Positions 1 to 11,104 of a DNA stretch of 64,000 nucleotides are shown piece after piece. The DNA comes from Cyclobacteriaceae bacterium. Lineage in GTDB: Bacteria > Bacteroidota > Bacteroidia > Cytophagales > Cyclobacteriaceae. Location: assembly GCA_012033595.1 (NCBI GenBank), contig JAAUQL010000012.1, positions 7,208 through 71,207 on the forward strand, written 5' to 3'. The number at the start of each line of letters is the position of its first letter. Position 1 is the first letter of the stretch. The notes under the pieces were generated by a model. It was not told where the DNA came from. It saw only the letters and a program-made list of their open reading frames with translations, and ran no database searches. A program made the position numbers and the translations under genes.

Positions 1-220
1 ATTCCATGCCAATGGTAAATAGCAGGATGATGACACCGATCTCGGCCATCAATTCTATTTCGTGCCGAGCGTGTATCAGAGATAGTACGTGGGGTCCGGC
101 GATTACACCGGTCATCAGGTAGCCTACCACATTAGGTACCTTTATCTTGGTAAATACTAAATTGACAAAAGTGGACAAGGCAAAGATTATGACTATGTCC
201 TTGAGAATAATCGATTCCAT
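1..220 (-). CDS. cation:proton antiporter (CPA2/Kef-type), N-terminal fragment running off the left edge
   Basis: Own translation from ATG at 220-218: MESIILKDIVIIFALSTFVNLVFTKIKVPNVVGYLMTGVIAGPHVLSLIHARHEIELMAEIGVIILLFTIGME. It fits the conserved VGYLxxGxxxGP...LLFxxGxE N-terminal TM pattern of Kef/NhaP exchangers. It is absent from the ORF track because it leaves the window. Confidence 0.6.
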   Translation of the reverse strand, partial: MESIILKDIVIIFALSTFVNLVFTKIKVPNVVGYLMTGVIAGPHVLSLIHARHEIELMAEIGVIILLFTIGME

Positions 221-381
221 GTGCTGACCTTCTACTTTAGTGATAAAATAAGCAAATAGATATCAATCGAATGATATAATACAGGAAAAAGAAAATATTT
301 ACTGGTTTTTTAGCAAAAAAGTGGGGCAAAGATGCTGGAGAGATGATTTTTTGACAAAGACTCAAGCTGACGATTGTGGAA

Positions 382-798
382 CTACAACCTGTTCAATTCT
401 AGTTTTATATCTGCCCGGGTACCCGCTGTTGCCCATTGCTCTCTAATGATAAAAAGCTGACTGCCTTCTTCGGGTAGCTGAACAATTTCATACTTTTTAA
501 CGCCGGTAACCGTCGATAGAAAAAGCAGGGAATTGCCCTTATCGAGCGACCAACTGCCTTCTTCGAGTTGTCCGTCATTTTGGGTTCTTTGATACGTGCC
601 GTCGATATTGAGGGTAAGCTTGTGAAATGATGGATGGTGCAAGGCAAGCTCCTCTTTGCTTTTGTCAACATTCACCACTTCCCAGGTATCTGATATCATG
701 GCATTGTTGACGGTATCCTTGTTGAAATCATGGTCTGAAAAAATTATCGCCCAAACAACGGCTTGCAAAACCATAAAATTAAATATTGTGGATTTCAT
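382..798 (-). CDS. hypothetical small secreted protein
   Basis: ORF 382..825 trimmed to Met10 (MKSTIFNFMVLQAVVWAIIFS), which gives a signal-peptide-like N-terminus. No recognisable catalytic motif. Confidence 0.45.
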   Translation of the reverse strand: MKSTIFNFMVLQAVVWAIIFSDHDFNKDTVNNAMISDTWEVVNVDKSKEELALHHPSFHKLTLNIDGTYQRTQNDGQLEEGSWSLDKGNSLLFLSTVTGVKKYEIVQLPEEGSQLFIIREQWATAGTRADIKLELNRL

Positions 799-1446
799 GC
801 TAATATAAATAATACCCTGTTTCACATTGACGGTACAATTTTAGTCCGAAATATACTCAAATAACTTTCAGTATGGGGGCGTACATTATAAGTGTATGTT
901 TTACCTATAACTTTTCATTAAAAGTCTTTTAAGCGACCCTTCCTTTTGCCGAATATATATGCCTCATTTTCAGCCATTATGGCATACGGATCAGACTTTT
1001 TGAATTATGTTATCAAATCCGAAACATCTTAAAATAATTAAGTATTATTTTATTCAAATGTAAAAAAACACTACCGATTGTTGCTGGTTTTGGGGTAGAA
1101 GCAGGGTTTATTCTGCTTTTTTTTCTAAAAAGTCATGGCGACTTTCATGCTTTTGGCAACCTGCTGATACTGAGCGTGACAAGCAGACGACTTCCTTTTT
1201 TTTCATATTCTGTTTTTTGCTGATGTTGAAAATAACTAAGGTCGTGAACATTTTTGTAAGCATGAGGCCATACCCAGCCAATTCGTCAATTTTCTCGATG
1301 CAAAAACTTTATACACGAAAGCCTATTATTACGCCCTCCACGTCTGTTTTAAATGCACATATTTTCTACATGACAATGAGCGCCCGGCCTGGATTAAACA
1401 TGCTTCAAGGCTATTCTTTACTGGTGGACACACGTGACCGAAGCTA

Positions 1447-2547
1447 CTACTCTATAGGCACAAATCCGGGCGCCATCGCGGCTCTTGGCTGTCCACCGCC
1501 ACCGCGCGCCTTATCGCTGTTGTTGTCTACGACATGGAGATTTTTTATTATCCTGTCCATATCTTTTGACCAGGGGTGGTGCTGATCTGACTGCGAAAAT
1601 GAAAAACCCCATTGCTGCTCAAATTCTTCAGCAAATCGACCGTCAGGCCCCCATTCTGTTACCAGAGCATATACATCCCAGGCTGTATCATCCACAATAT
1701 ATGCCCCATAATCCTGAAATGCCACCGCCAGGATTTTGGCAGCTTCTGTTTCCAATCCGAGTGAGGCAAGATCGAGGCGGGCAGGCAAAGCCAAAAGCGC
1801 ACCCATTCGGCAGGCTTTTACCGTGGGGTTGGTTCTTTTGGTATAATACTGTTGTTCGGCATAGCCATCAGCTCTTTTTGCCGGCCATCGATATCCTTTT
1901 GTTTCCTGGTCATAATATAGGTTTTTTGCCGCATAGAGATTGATCTTGAGCGCATGCCTGATCGGCCCTGAGCCAGGCAACAATTCGCCATAGCGCAATG
2001 CGCCACCTATAGCCGAAAGCCCCGAGCCACCGTGCGCCCCATACGTCCCTTCCCCATAAATATCCACCTCTTCGAAGACATAGCGCGAAGTGGCCGGGTC
2101 GCCTGGTACACAATGTGCAAAAGGTTGGGTTTGCTTGATGGTACGCTTATCTGGCATCAATACTGCCATGCCAGCATTGGGCGTGGCACCATCCCAGGTA
2201 GTGGGCGAAACGACGAAATCCTGGGGAATTGGTGCCGAAAACAATAATTGGCCTTCTGCCGGGCACCGGTCTTTGGTGCGATCCCACTCTGCAAAATTCT
2301 CATAAATATCCATCAGCTCAGCATCAGGTGTCATCACAATATAATCTTCATCGATGGTCATGCCGGCTGCTTCAGCCAACTCTATTTGCGCCGGAACATA
2401 TATGGCATCATATCCAATGGGGGTATTCCAAATTGAATTGGCAGAAAATGGCCATTTAAATGGATCGCGTAAGGCAGGTTCATTTGGCTCTTGCTTATTG
2501 CACGCGAAGGCCAACATAGCCAGAACTATACTCATTAATCTGTTCAT
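1447..2547 (-). CDS. hypothetical lipoprotein
   Basis: 366-aa ORF with a lipobox (LAMLAFACNKQ). It has strong coding character and many shadow ORFs on the opposite strand. It is adjacent to GH43. Family not recognised. Confidence 0.6.
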   Translation of the reverse strand: MNRLMSIVLAMLAFACNKQEPNEPALRDPFKWPFSANSIWNTPIGYDAIYVPAQIELAEAAGMTIDEDYIVMTPDAELMDIYENFAEWDRTKDRCPAEGQLLFSAPIPQDFVVSPTTWDGATPNAGMAVLMPDKRTIKQTQPFAHCVPGDPATSRYVFEEVDIYGEGTYGAHGGSGLSAIGGALRYGELLPGSGPIRHALKINLYAAKNLYYDQETKGYRWPAKRADGYAEQQYYTKRTNPTVKACRMGALLALPARLDLASLGLETEAAKILAVAFQDYGAYIVDDTAWDVYALVTEWGPDGRFAEEFEQQWGFSFSQSDQHHPWSKDMDRIIKNLHVVDNNSDKARGGGGQPRAAMAPGFVPIE

Positions 2548-2783
2548 TGTTTTACCTATACAGTTTATATCCTAAAGTTGCGCCTGCTGATAACCCAAAT
2601 CATCATGTTTCCGGGTAATTCACCAGGGTTTTGTTTTATTCTTATGCCGCTTTTTAAATGCACATTCAAAAATAAGGCAAATAAACTTGCACGTGAACCT
2701 GTGATGAGAAACTAAAAATAGTAAACAAGCAGCGAATCAACCTGCTTCTTGCCACCCATACTTGCACTGCGATCCGGGAATAA

Positions 2784-3930
2784 TTACTGCATGGAAAAAA
2801 CGCTCAAGTCCCAGCTATCCATCCAACTCAGTGTTGGATTTCCTTCTTCATCCCATTGTAGGGGCAACCATACGTACCTGCCATCAATGGGGTTTTTGGG
2901 GTTCCACCTATCGGCCATAAAAACGAAGGCGTCCTTTTCGCCGCGAATTGGCAGCACAAAGGTGCTCTGCGATTGAAACGTAAGGTCGGCACCTTCTCCC
3001 CTGCACGGATTACCCAGCTCTGTCCAGGGACCAAATATGGCTGGAGCCCAGGCCGAGCGTGCCGCATTGGGTGCCCATCCGGTGCAGTCGGAGGCAATCA
3101 AATAATATTTACCATCCTTTTTGAACATGGCTGGCGCTTCCATATACCTGTTGGTGAATATGCGCACGTATTCACCATTTTCCGACAAATAATCATCAGA
3201 AAGTCGGGAAATGTGCAGGGTACTGTTTTCTTCTGAGGAATAAATATGATAAGCAATCCCATCATCATCAACAAACAGGTTTTGATCACGGGCCATCTGC
3301 CCAGCTTCAAAATCGCGCCCTAGCAGATTGAGCGAGTCTGGAGGTGCCGGCAGACAACCATATCCACCGCAATAGAACGGTTTGATGGTATCCGACACCG
3401 GCAGGTGATGAAAATCCTGTGCATTTTCGGCCAGAAACCAGCATTGGGTCGCACGTTTTCACAAATTCAAATGGCCCTGTTGGCGAATTACCCACCGCCA
3501 CACCCGACTGTGCCGCATCGTAACCCTGGCCTGCAAGCTCCAGGTGAAACCACATTACATAGTTGTTGTTTTGTTTGTTGTAAATCACCTTTGGCCTCTC
3601 TAAAATACAGCCTTTGGTAATGGGAGATTCCGGGTCATCCGACACTGTCAACACAATACCTTCATCCTGCCAATGGTACAAATTGCGCGAGGAATAGCAG
3701 TGAACACCCACCTGGGCAGTGTTGCCGATTTCACCTTCTATTTTGTGTTCCCCATACCAATAGTACACGCCATCATGCTCTAAAATGCCGCCACCATGAG
3801 CATTGATATGAACGCCCTGATTATCGGGCCAAATGCCGCCCGGTACAATCACCGGCTTATCAACTGATTGACACGAAAAGGCAAAAACCACCAAAAAGAT
3901 AAAAAACCCACAAAATCGAATCCTGGCCAT
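2784..3930 (-). CDS. glycoside hydrolase family 43-type enzyme (five-bladed propeller), split by apparent frameshifts
   Basis: ORF 3307..3930 supplies the N-terminal half (lipobox AFSCQ, HINAHGGGILEHDGVYYWYGEHK). ORF 2784..3398 supplies the C-terminal half (RYMEAPAMFKKDGKYYLIASDCTGWAPN). A third-frame piece, RPNAGFWP, bridges them. Two one-base corrections near 3424-3431 and 3459-3472 give a continuous protein. Confidence 0.7.
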
Positions 3931-4026
3931 TGTCGTATTGATTTCTATTTTATTTTAAACTTTAATTAAACATATAAATAATATTGATTCGCAGATATTT
4001 ATAGCCTGCCGATTAACTCAAATTAA

Positions 4027-5358
4027 TCATATTTCCGGGTAATTCATCATGCCTTTATGCTGCTCAGAATCAAGTGGTTCTTCCAGAAGTTTCTTTACAA
4101 AACGGGGAAGCACAAAAGCAGCATGATGCATGTCAAAATCATAATATTGCAAATGGTGGCGCAAAGAAAATTCTTGTATATCAGCTTTGCAAAGCCAGTT
4201 CAATGGATCAATACCTCCTTTGGACGAAAAGGAAAAACTCCACATTCCCGAAGGAAACGAAGGGAGGTACATCAGGTAGCAATGTACATGGGCTTCTCCG
4301 AATATCTGACGATAGCTACGAAATACCTCCATAAACACGTTTTGGTTGTATCGTGGAGATTCGCTTTGAGTCACCATCACACCTTGTGGGCGCAGAATCC
4401 TATAAATATCGCTGTAGAAAGCTTTTGTAAACAACCCTGCCCCGGGGCCAACCGGGTCATCTGAATCCACAATGACAATATCATACACACCATCTTCACA
4501 AGACCGAACAAACTCCACTCCGTCGAATACTTTGATATGCACCCGGCGGTCGTGTAGCGAAGAAGCGATATTGGGCAGATAGGCCATGGCTACTTCCATG
4601 ACCTGTGCGTCGATTTCCACCAGGTCGATTTCCGCTATCTCTTCATGCCTCAGCAGCTCCCTTACGGTGCCGCCGTCGCCTCCGCCAATTACCAGCACCC
4701 GCCGCGCATGGCCGTGGGCGAAAACAGGAACATGGGCTATCATTTCATGATACACATATTCATCTTCTTCTGCACACACTATCTTGCCATCCAACACCAA
4801 TACCCCACCAAAAGCTTCCGTATGATAAACCTCAATTTTCTGATGGGCCGATCGCTGGCAATACAGACGTTCGCCACTGTGCTTTAGCGAAAGCGCTATA
4901 TCTTCGTTGCGCTGAGTAAACCAGATATTCCTGGATGTTTTTATGCTTTTTGGCTTCTCGGTTTGCGGCTCACTTCGGACTTGTGGTGCGTATGATGGCG
5001 GAGCAAGCAGGGAGTTTTGTCCGCGATTCAACTCCACAGTCGATCCGGTCGCCGCGCCAAATGCTTCCTTAAGAAACTGATAGGCGATCCAGGGGTCTAT
5101 GGTATCGCCACAGGTATAGATATCGATGGAAGCATAGCCGAATTCGGGCCAGCAATGAATGGAAAAATGGCTTTCCTGAATGACTATGACCCCTGACACC
5201 CCAAAAGGAGAGAAATGATGAAATGTAGAGTTGATGACCGTAGCCCCTGCCCTGTCTGCGGCAGCGAGCATGGTTTTTTCCACAAAAGACACATCGTCTA
5301 TTTTATCGATTTCGCATTGGTACAACTCTGCAATGATATGGCGGCCAAGGGCGATCAT
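4027..5358 (-). CDS. bifunctional S-adenosylmethionine decarboxylase (pyruvoyl, SpeH/SpeD class 1) / spermidine synthase fusion
   Basis: ORF 4027..5439 trimmed to Met28 (MIALGRHIIAELY), which gives an ATGA overlap with the upstream stop at 5355-5358. The N-terminal domain has the self-processing motif VIVIQES-HFSIHCWPE and IDIYTCGD. The C-terminal domain has VLVIGGGDGGTVRELLRH and VDSDDPVGPGAGLF, the aminopropyltransferase signature. Confidence 0.85.
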   Translation of the reverse strand: MIALGRHIIAELYQCEIDKIDDVSFVEKTMLAAADRAGATVINSTFHHFSPFGVSGVIVIQESHFSIHCWPEFGYASIDIYTCGDTIDPWIAYQFLKEAFGAATGSTVELNRGQNSLLAPPSYAPQVRSEPQTEKPKSIKTSRNIWFTQRNEDIALSLKHSGERLYCQRSAHQKIEVYHTEAFGGVLVLDGKIVCAEEDEYVYHEMIAHVPVFAHGHARRVLVIGGGDGGTVRELLRHEEIAEIDLVEIDAQVMEVAMAYLPNIASSLHDRRVHIKVFDGVEFVRSCEDGVYDIVIVDSDDPVGPGAGLFTKAFYSDIYRILRPQGVMVTQSESPRYNQNVFMEVFRSYRQIFGEAHVHCYLMYLPSFPSGMWSFSFSSKGGIDPLNWLCKADIQEFSLRHHLQYYDFDMHHAAFVLPRFVKKLLEEPLDSEQHKGMMNYPEI

Positions 5359-5864
5359 CCGTTGTTGTTGGATAAGTCTTCCGGAGAGAGATAGTATTCG
5401 AAGCTGGCGTTTTCCTGCGATATCAAATTCCAGTCGCAAGCACTGCTTGCTATCTTCACTACACTACCGGGCTCCATGCCATCGAAATGGTATTCTGTGA
5501 GGTATTCTACAAAATAGGTCAGCACCGGATTATGACCCACTATAGCCACGGAGTTCCAGTCATCATTAAATGTTGATATGAGGTTTTCCAATATCCTTAC
5601 CGAGGCTTCATATAACTCTTCCTCTACTTTTATCTTGGCGATATTGTAGCTGATGCGATCGGCGATTAGTTCGGCAGACTGCCTGGCTCTGGTAGCATTG
5701 CTGCACAGCATGGCATCGATTTCGATATTTTTTCTATTGAAATAAGCCCCTATCCGCGCGGCTTGCTGCAGGCCTTCGGCGGTCAGTTCACGGTCTATGT
5801 CCCGCGAGCCTTTATCGGAATCTTTGGCTTTGGAATGCCTGATAATATATAGTGTTTTGCCCAT
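5355..5864 (-). CDS. sixA: SixA-like phosphohistidine phosphatase (histidine phosphatase superfamily)
   Basis: 169 aa. It has the N-terminal LYIIRHSKA catalytic RH motif and a later VAIVGHNP. Size and layout are typical of SixA. Confidence 0.7.
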   Translation of the reverse strand: MGKTLYIIRHSKAKDSDKGSRDIDRELTAEGLQQAARIGAYFNRKNIEIDAMLCSNATRARQSAELIADRISYNIAKIKVEEELYEASVRILENLISTFNDDWNSVAIVGHNPVLTYFVEYLTEYHFDGMEPGSVVKIASSACDWNLISQENASFEYYLSPEDLSNNNG

Positions 5865-5973
5865 GTTGTGTTTGGTGAAGTGGCCATCCTACAGGGAGCC
5901 TCCCAATGAACGGTTTGCGATTTTAATAAATTTTTATTGATATTTGAGCCTTTATAAAAAAAACAGATTGTAA

Positions 5974-8288
5974 ATGTCGAAGAACCTAGTTATTGTAGAG
6001 TCACCAGCAAAAGCCAAAACGATAGAAGGATATTTGGGCAAGGATTATAAAGTAGTTTCTAGTTATGGACACGTCAGGGACCTACCCAAAGGCGACATGG
6101 CAATTGACATAAAAATGGTTTTAAACCCACTTACGAGATATCCAAAGACAAAAAAGAAGTCATCAAAAATCTGAAATCGGATGCCAAAAGTGCTGAAATG
6201 ATCTATCTGGCGAGTGATGATGACCGCGAGGGAGAGGCCATTTCCTGGCACCTCAAAGAGGCGCTGAGCCTGGATGACAAGCAAACCCGCAGAATAGTTT
6301 TCAGGGAAATCACAAAAAATGCCATTCTGAATGCCATCAAAACACCAAGAGGGCTTGATCTGGATCTGGTTAATGCCCAGCAGGCACGCCGCATTCTCGA
6401 CAGGCTGGTAGGTTTTGAAATCAGCCCTATTTTATGGAAAAAGATCAAAAGAGGCTTATCAGCCGGCAGAGTGCAATCCGTAGCAGTCAGACTGGTAGTA
6501 GAGCGGGAACGTGAAATAGAGAAATTCGATGCTAAATCATTTTTCAAGGTCACGGCCCTATTCGATTTGGAAGAAGGCAAAAAGCTGAAAGCTGAACTTG
6601 GCAAAAAATTCGACACCGAGCAGGGAGCTGCAGATTTTCTAAATAAATGCCTCGGAGCGACGTACAGCATCAGCAATCTGGAGAAAAAACCAGGAAAAAA
6701 AACCGCTGCCGCTCCTTTTACCACTTCTACCTTGCAACAGGAAGCCAGCCGAAAACTTGGTTTTTCGGTTTCTCAGACCATGTCTGTGGCTCAAAAACTA
6801 TATGAATCGGGTAAGATTTCTTATATGAGGACTGACTCCGTCAACCTGTCTGACGAAGCCATAAATGGTGCCAAAGCAGCCATTGAACAGTTGTATGGTG
6901 CTGATTATGTCCATACTCGGCAATACAAAAACAAATCGAAATCTGCCCAGGAAGCGCACGAAGCCATAAGACCCACCAGTTTCATGAATCAGGAAGCCGG
7001 CTCCAATTCCAATGAACAGCGTTTGTACGACCTTATTTGGAAGCGCACCGTGGCCTCGCAAATGGCCGATGCACAAATAGAACGGACCATTGCCACCATT
7101 GCCATAAGCACCACACCTGAAACCCTCACTGCCCAGGGCGAAGTGGTCAAGTTTGAGGGCTTTTTAAAAGTTTATATAGAATCGACCGATGATGAAGAGG
7201 GCAATGGCGAAGATTCGGGCATGCTGCCCCCACTCAATATTGGCCAGCTTTTAGCACTCGACCATGTGCTGGCTCGCGAGGGTTTTACCCGCTCAGCAGC
7301 AAGATATACCGAAGCCAGCCTGGTGAAAAAACTGGAAGAAATGGGCATTGGACGACCCTCGACCTATGCGCCAACCATCACCACCATTCAGAAAAGGGAA
7401 TATGTGGTAAAAGAATCCAGAGAAGGCATAGAGCGCGCTTTCACGGAATTGATCTTGCAGCAAAATAAAATTTCTAAAAAGAAAAAGACCGAAATGACCG
7501 GTGCCGAAAAGAACAAACTTTTCCCCACCAATACCGCCATGATCGTAAACGACTTCCTGATCAACCAATTTCCCAATATCATAGATTACTCCTTCACGGC
7601 TAACGTAGAAAAGGAATTTGATGAAATAGCCAGCGGAAACCTGCAATGGGACAAAATGATTGGCAGTTTTTATGGAAGCTTTCACACCGACGTGACCAGC
7701 TCCGAGAACATCAGCAAAGTGGATATTGGCGCTTTGCGAGAGTTGGGGGTGGATCCGAAAAGCGGTAAAAAAGTTTATGCACGACTGGCTCGATTTGGCC
7801 CATGTGTACAACTGGGCGAGGTTGATGAAGAAGAAAAACCCCGATATTCGAGCTTGCGCAAAGGTCAGCTCATCGAAACCATCACGCTCGAAGACGCCCT
7901 GGAGCTTTTCAAACTACCACGCATAGTCGGGACTTTCGAAGGGGAAACCATCGATGCCAATGTTGGCCGTTTTGGCCCTTATGCCCGGCACAAGGGCAAG
8001 TTTTACGGTCTGTCGAAAGAAGACGACCCGCTGACACTCACCGAAGAGCGTGCCATAGAAATCATAGAAAAAAAGCGTATCGACGATGCCGGAAAGGTGA
8101 TCAAATGTTTTGATGAAAATGAAGAATTCCAAATCCTAAAAGGCAAATGGGGTCCCTATCTCAAGGCCGGCAAGAAGAATGTGAAACTGCCTAAAGACAA
8201 GGAGCCGGCAGACCTTACGTACGAAGAGTGCTTGACACTGGCAGAAAGTGCCCCCACCAAAAAGAAAGTGGTAAGAAAGAAAAAATAA
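5974..8288 (+). CDS. topA: DNA topoisomerase I (type IA), split by one homopolymer indel
   Basis: ORFs 5974..6174 and 6198..8288. It has the Toprim N-terminus [22 protein letters not shown], the DDDREGE motif and the SYMRTDS active-site Tyr region. Adding one A to the A5 run at 6111-6115 restores [44 protein letters not shown]. Confidence 0.95.
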
Positions 8289-8986
8289 TGTCAATGAAGA
8301 AAATCGTAATCCTGTCAGGTGCGGGCGTAAGCGCTGAAAGCGGTATCAAAACCTTCAGGGATAGCGGCGGATTGTGGGAAGGTTACGATGTGATGGATGT
8401 GGCATCGCCCGAAGGCTGGGCACGCGACAAAAACATGGTGCTCAATTTTTACAACGAGCGACGGAAAAACGCCCTCGCCGCCCAACCCAATGAGGGGCAC
8501 AAGATCATTGCCGCGTTGGAACAATACTTTAAGGTCACAGTAGTGACTCAAAATGTGGACAACCTGCACGAAAAAGCGGGCTCTACCCATGTCATTCATT
8601 TACATGGCGAACTATTCAAATCGCAAAGCACTATAGATCCGGGGCTGATCTATGATATCGAAGGCTGGGAGCTTAATGAAGGTGACACCTGCGAAAAAGG
8701 TTCACAGTTGAGACCGCATATTGTTTGGTTTGGAGAACTGGTGCCAATGATGACCAAAGCGGTGGAAGAAACCATCTCTGCCGACATATTTATCGTGATA
8801 GGAACTTCCTTACAAGTATATCCTGCCGCCGGACTGCTGGAATATGTACCCTCCACCAAGCCTAAGTTTATTATCGACCCCAAAATGCCGGTTTTGCCCT
8901 TTAGACCCCACCTCACCCTGATCGAAGAAGTTGGCAGTGTGGGTATGAGTAAAGTTAGGGATATCTTGCTGGAAGAATATCGCTGA
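8288..8986 (+). CDS. cobB: NAD-dependent protein deacylase (Sir2/CobB family)
   Basis: ORF 8228..8986 trimmed to Met21 ([31 protein letters not shown]). Motifs GAGVSAESGIxTFR, TQNVDNLHEKAG and HLHG are present. Its ATG overlaps the topA stop (TAATG at 8286-8290). Confidence 0.85.
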   Translation: MSMKKIVILSGAGVSAESGIKTFRDSGGLWEGYDVMDVASPEGWARDKNMVLNFYNERRKNALAAQPNEGHKIIAALEQYFKVTVVTQNVDNLHEKAGSTHVIHLHGELFKSQSTIDPGLIYDIEGWELNEGDTCEKGSQLRPHIVWFGELVPMMTKAVEETISADIFIVIGTSLQVYPAAGLLEYVPSTKPKFIIDPKMPVLPFRPHLTLIEEVGSVGMSKVRDILLEEYR

Positions 8987-9225
8987 TTTGGATTTGGATA
9001 GCGAAAAGGAAAACACCATTATTCTGAGTTTGCTTCAACATAGCTTGGGAAGTCCGTAGCTCTGCAGACCTTGCATCGCCTATGCTTTATATACTAAAGC
9101 CCAAAAAACCCATCGGCAAACTATAACTCGAGCATTGCAAGGTATAATTATTACCTCCTTTTCCGTTGTTCATAATAATGAAATTAAAAAGTTGTTATCT
9201 TTGAATAACCTGTAACCATATATTT

Positions 9226-10763
9226 ATGCTTGTTTTTATGAATCTACGCATTTTTTTATCCGTCCTGATTGTCACATTGAGTACCCTTAGCGGATATGGC
9301 CAACTCACCAAGACCATAGACTACAATGCCGATAGTACCATACGTGGTGAAGGCATGGTAGATCAGGCAGGGCTTAAGCAAGGCAACTGGTCTTATTACA
9401 ACCTTTCGGGAAATATCGTTCAAATGGGCAAGTTTGAAGATGACAAACGAACCGGAATGTGGCTTGCCTATGATAATCGCGGCAATGTAATTATGGAAAC
9501 CAATTTTGAAAATGGCATTTCGAAGGGCATATTGCGCACCTACTATCCTGATAGAAAAATAAAAGAAGAAGGTGAAATATATGACAACCAAAGGATTGGA
9601 GATTGGAAAGAATATTATCCTTCCGGAAAAATCAAACTGTTGGGCAACTATCACAAAGGCTCCAAGGTAGGTAAATGGCGCAGCTACTATGAGTCGGGTC
9701 GACTGCAAAGCGAAGCCTTGTACACCAATGATTTGCTCAATGGCATCTATACAAAATACTTTCCCATACTTGGCACCAAAGAACTGGAAATGGAGTACAA
9801 GATGGGCGAGAAATATGGCAAATATGAATCTTACTACGAAAACGGCCAACTGAAACGGACAGGAGTATATCAAAATGACCTGGAAATCAGCAGTTGGAAA
9901 GAATACTACGACAACGGCTTTATCAAATCTGAGGAAAAGTATGCAAATGGTATGCCCACCGGCACCTGGACATATTATTACCCTTATTCTGGCATTCTCA
10001 AAAAAATAAGCTTTGAAAATGGCTTGCCCCAAGGGGAATATATTGAAAATTTTCCGGATGGAAGCAAAAGTGTAAGAGGCCAGTACAAAGATGGCATGCG
10101 CACCGGCATTTGGTACAACTACCACGAAAATGGCAAAATATACTCCTTTGGAGCCTATGCAGATGATATGCGCTCTGACAATTGGAAATACTTCGACGAC
10201 AAAGGGAACCTGCTCGCCGAGGGCAAATTTGAAATGGATAAAGAACACGGTCAATGGTTTTTTTATCATCCTAATGGGGTACTACGCGCCATCGGAAACT
10301 ACATTTATGGAGAGGAAGACGGTCTATGGGGAAATTTTCATGAAATGGGATACTGAAAATGGAGGAAAACTGGAGTACAGGCAAACTGTTGTCAACCGGC
10401 CCATACATTACCGCTTATGGCGATACACTTTCTTCAGGCAACCTCCAAGGTGGAGAGGGAATTTTGAAAAAATACCACCACAACCAGCAACTTCAAGAAG
10501 AACTGACGTATAAAAACGGACTAAAAAACGGCCTGGCAAAATTATATACTGATAAAGGTGACCTTGCCGCTGAAGGTCAATATGTAAATGATAAAAAAGA
10601 AGGACTATGGAAATTTTACCATAGCAACGGAAACGTAGAGTCGCAGGGCAATTATAAAGATGACGAACCTGAGGGTCTTTGGATATTTTTCAATAGGTCA
10701 GGCACAGCCATCGACAAGAAAGATTACACCAAATTGAAAAAACTGGAAGAAAGCCTGGACTGA
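9226..10763 (+). CDS. MORN-variant repeat protein (YwqK-family repeats), split by one homopolymer indel
   Basis: ORFs 9226..10356 and 10359..10763. It has a signal peptide followed by about 20 tandem ~23-aa repeats of the type G.W..YY.NG.l..eG.Y..g...G. Adding one A to the run at 10343-10345 gives WGNFHENGILKMEENWSTGKL, which is a perfect repeat continuation. Confidence 0.8.
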
Positions 10764-11104
10764 CAAAGCCAAGTGAGACACCAGATCAAAAACGCAAAAC
10801 CGATCAGCAAAAAATATCAATAAAAAACCTGAACGGATGTCGTGTATGAGGGGCTTTGGTTTTGATTTATGTAGTTGCAAGTACCTTTTTCATACAAAAC
10901 AGGAGTGATGGTAGTTAATCTAAGGGTTGTAGCCGGCTTCAACGTTGTAACAGTTTGATAAGTTTGAAGCCCGCAACCACCCAATGCACTGAAAGGCCAT
11001 GGTTGTTCCACCCACTTCCCAGCGAACCCCAGCTGTTTTGTCAGTCCTACGCTCGTTTTCTCCTAATTTTTCCAATCACAAATTTTTACCTTATTAAGCT
11101 GGAT

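Noticed and set aside
4027-5439. The full 470-aa ORF with its start at 5439 for the polyamine fusion protein.
   Set aside because: The first 27 codons overlap the 3-prime end of sixA and look non-homologous. Met28 (MIALGRHIIAELY) is the conserved AdoMetDC N-terminus and produces a clean ATGA overlap.
8288-8986. The Sir2-family gene as an anti-phage defence component (Thoeris ThsA-like, DSR or a pAgo-associated Sir2).
   Set aside because: It is a short (~232 aa) stand-alone CobB-type deacylase with the canonical GAGxS/TQNVD/HG motifs. It has no SLOG, TIR, Argonaute or helicase partner, and it is embedded in a housekeeping operon with topA.
9256-10269. A long 337-aa ORF antisense to the MORN-repeat gene. 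Similar long antisense ORFs occur at 19534..20559, 13278..13808, 6203..6724, 7293..7811 and 52560..52982.
   Set aside because: Their translations are low-complexity or odd in composition and show no motifs. Each lies fully inside a strongly supported gene on the other strand. They are shadow ORFs caused by codon bias and repeat periodicity.
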